A DNA stretch of 52,480 nucleotides, the filler included, from Squatina squatina (taxonomy: Eukaryota), in the NCBI GenBank assembly GCA_031763465.1. It is 3 parts of 3 records of this genome, joined end to end, with 100 filler letters (N's around TTAATTAATTAA, not from the genome) between each part and the next. Parts side by side here need not be neighbours in the genome. Positions count along the whole stretch, not along the records: positions 39,750 to 52,480 come from JARFOE011008120.1; 2 more parts are not named here. One strand, written 5' to 3'. Position numbers and translations under genes: made by a program. The notes under the pieces were generated by a model, which saw nothing but the letters and a program-made list of their open reading frames with translations, was not told the origin of the DNA and made no database searches. How positions within the stretch are numbered: position 1 is the first letter of the stretch; each line of letters starts with the position of its first letter. Positions 51,149 to 52,480 of this stretch are shown one piece after another.

Positions 51149-52480
51149 TGAAACGGAATCAGTTGCTGGGTTGTGGGTAGAGAGCAGTGAATTTGAATTC
51201 TAATTTCAAAGAGGCATAATCGGCCGAATTGTCTCCTTATGTGTTTCCTGATTCTATGATTCTATACCACTTGCGTTGCCGCGATCTTCCACCATTAATG
51301 TCAATGGAATGAAAGCTGAGGAAACGCCTCCATATTTATCTGATAATCTGCCCGCTGTGTGTATGACACTCCAGCCATGGTGCAGGTCTGGGAGATCCCA
51401 GCTCTGGAGCAGTACAGAAAAAGCCTGTCCATGTGGAATTAAAACGAGTTCATCCATTTAAAAGAGAACAGGAGACAGGATTCGTCCAGGTCATTATGTA
51501 CGGAGAAATATTAAGGATTAAGAAAAAGTTTTTTAGATATGAATAGAATCTAGCAGCTAGAGTGAAGATTTACTGGCACTGTTGCAAGTTTCCTCAATTG
51601 GAGAAGATTTCCCAGGATTCGACCGTGAGTGAAATAATCCCAATGTAAGGCCACAGGAGATTTATTGGGTGAGCAACTGGGAAAGGAGCAATGCAAAAGG
51701 GAATTATCTTGGTCTGGGAACGATGTGCCATCTTTCACTAACCTTCTCAGGTTTCTGAAACACATCACTGGTCTGTCGGGCAGGGGAAATGGAGTTGGAA
51801 TGACCCAGTCGGATTATAGTGAAACAGTGGGCAAGTTCTCAGATCTACAAATGGCGAGGAATTGTGGGTTGGTAAGATAGATCTGGCACTGCACAGAGAG
51901 ATATTTACAAAATGAGAGTAGTTTATCAACAAATATAAGGGGCGGCTGACTATTGGACAGCTGAGACCTTCCTTGGTACCAGATTATTTTTAATATTTGT
52001 GTAATAGAATCTCAGTTGGGATGAGGGTATCTTAGAAGCAAAGACAATGAACTTGATAATAATATAGCTAAGAGTAAAAAATCATAGATACTGGGCGGAA
52101 GGACGTCATTTGATCCAATCTATCTGTGTTTTATTTTGGATAAATATGTGAAAAACTACCCTCACTCTACTCCTCTCTCTCTCTATAGATATGTATCTTC
52201 CTCCGTTTCAAAAAATTATCGAATTTTCGTTTTTACTCTGAGGCAATACATTCCATGCTCCAGCACTCTTTTGCATAAAAATGTCCCCGCTCACTCCCTT
52301 TGTGAACATTTAAGTCGATCATCCTTTATCGCTGACTCACCAAATGGATGGAATGATCTCTTCCTCTGCACTCTGCCCCCAGAGTTTATATTTTTTAAAA
52401 CCTCTATTAAATGTCCACTTAGCTATCGCTGCACCAGTACAAATAGCCCCAATATATTGCCCCTTATCACCAGGATAGTT

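Overview
This is vertebrate genomic DNA, most likely from a cartilaginous fish judging by its SINE/LINE families, taken from a fragmented assembly. Two artificial N44-TTAATTAATTAA-N44 linkers (14951-15050, 39650-39749) join three unrelated scaffolds. Scaffold 1 (1-14950) holds a CCNL1 exon, four VEPH1 exons on the minus strand, and two PTX3 exons nested antisense in a VEPH1 intron. Scaffold 2 (15051-39649) holds plus-strand exons of CCAR1, STOX1, DDX21, KIFBP, SUPV3L1, HK1 and TSPAN15, in the human 10q21-22 order, with many exons missing across 100-N gaps. Scaffold 3 (39750-52480) is gap-free and repeat-rich; it has two in-frame exons of a probable NLR-type innate immune receptor N-terminus (only partly in the ORF track), two decayed tRNA copies and a 50-bp minisatellite inside a CR1 reverse transcriptase. 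I see no CRISPR array, no prokaryotic system and no well-supported novel biological system. The best leads are the NLR fragment, an HK1 exon fused to a LINE, a minisatellite made of 3' splice-site-like units and an intact hAT MITE. Gene and repeat names rest on my recall of the homologues, not on database searches.
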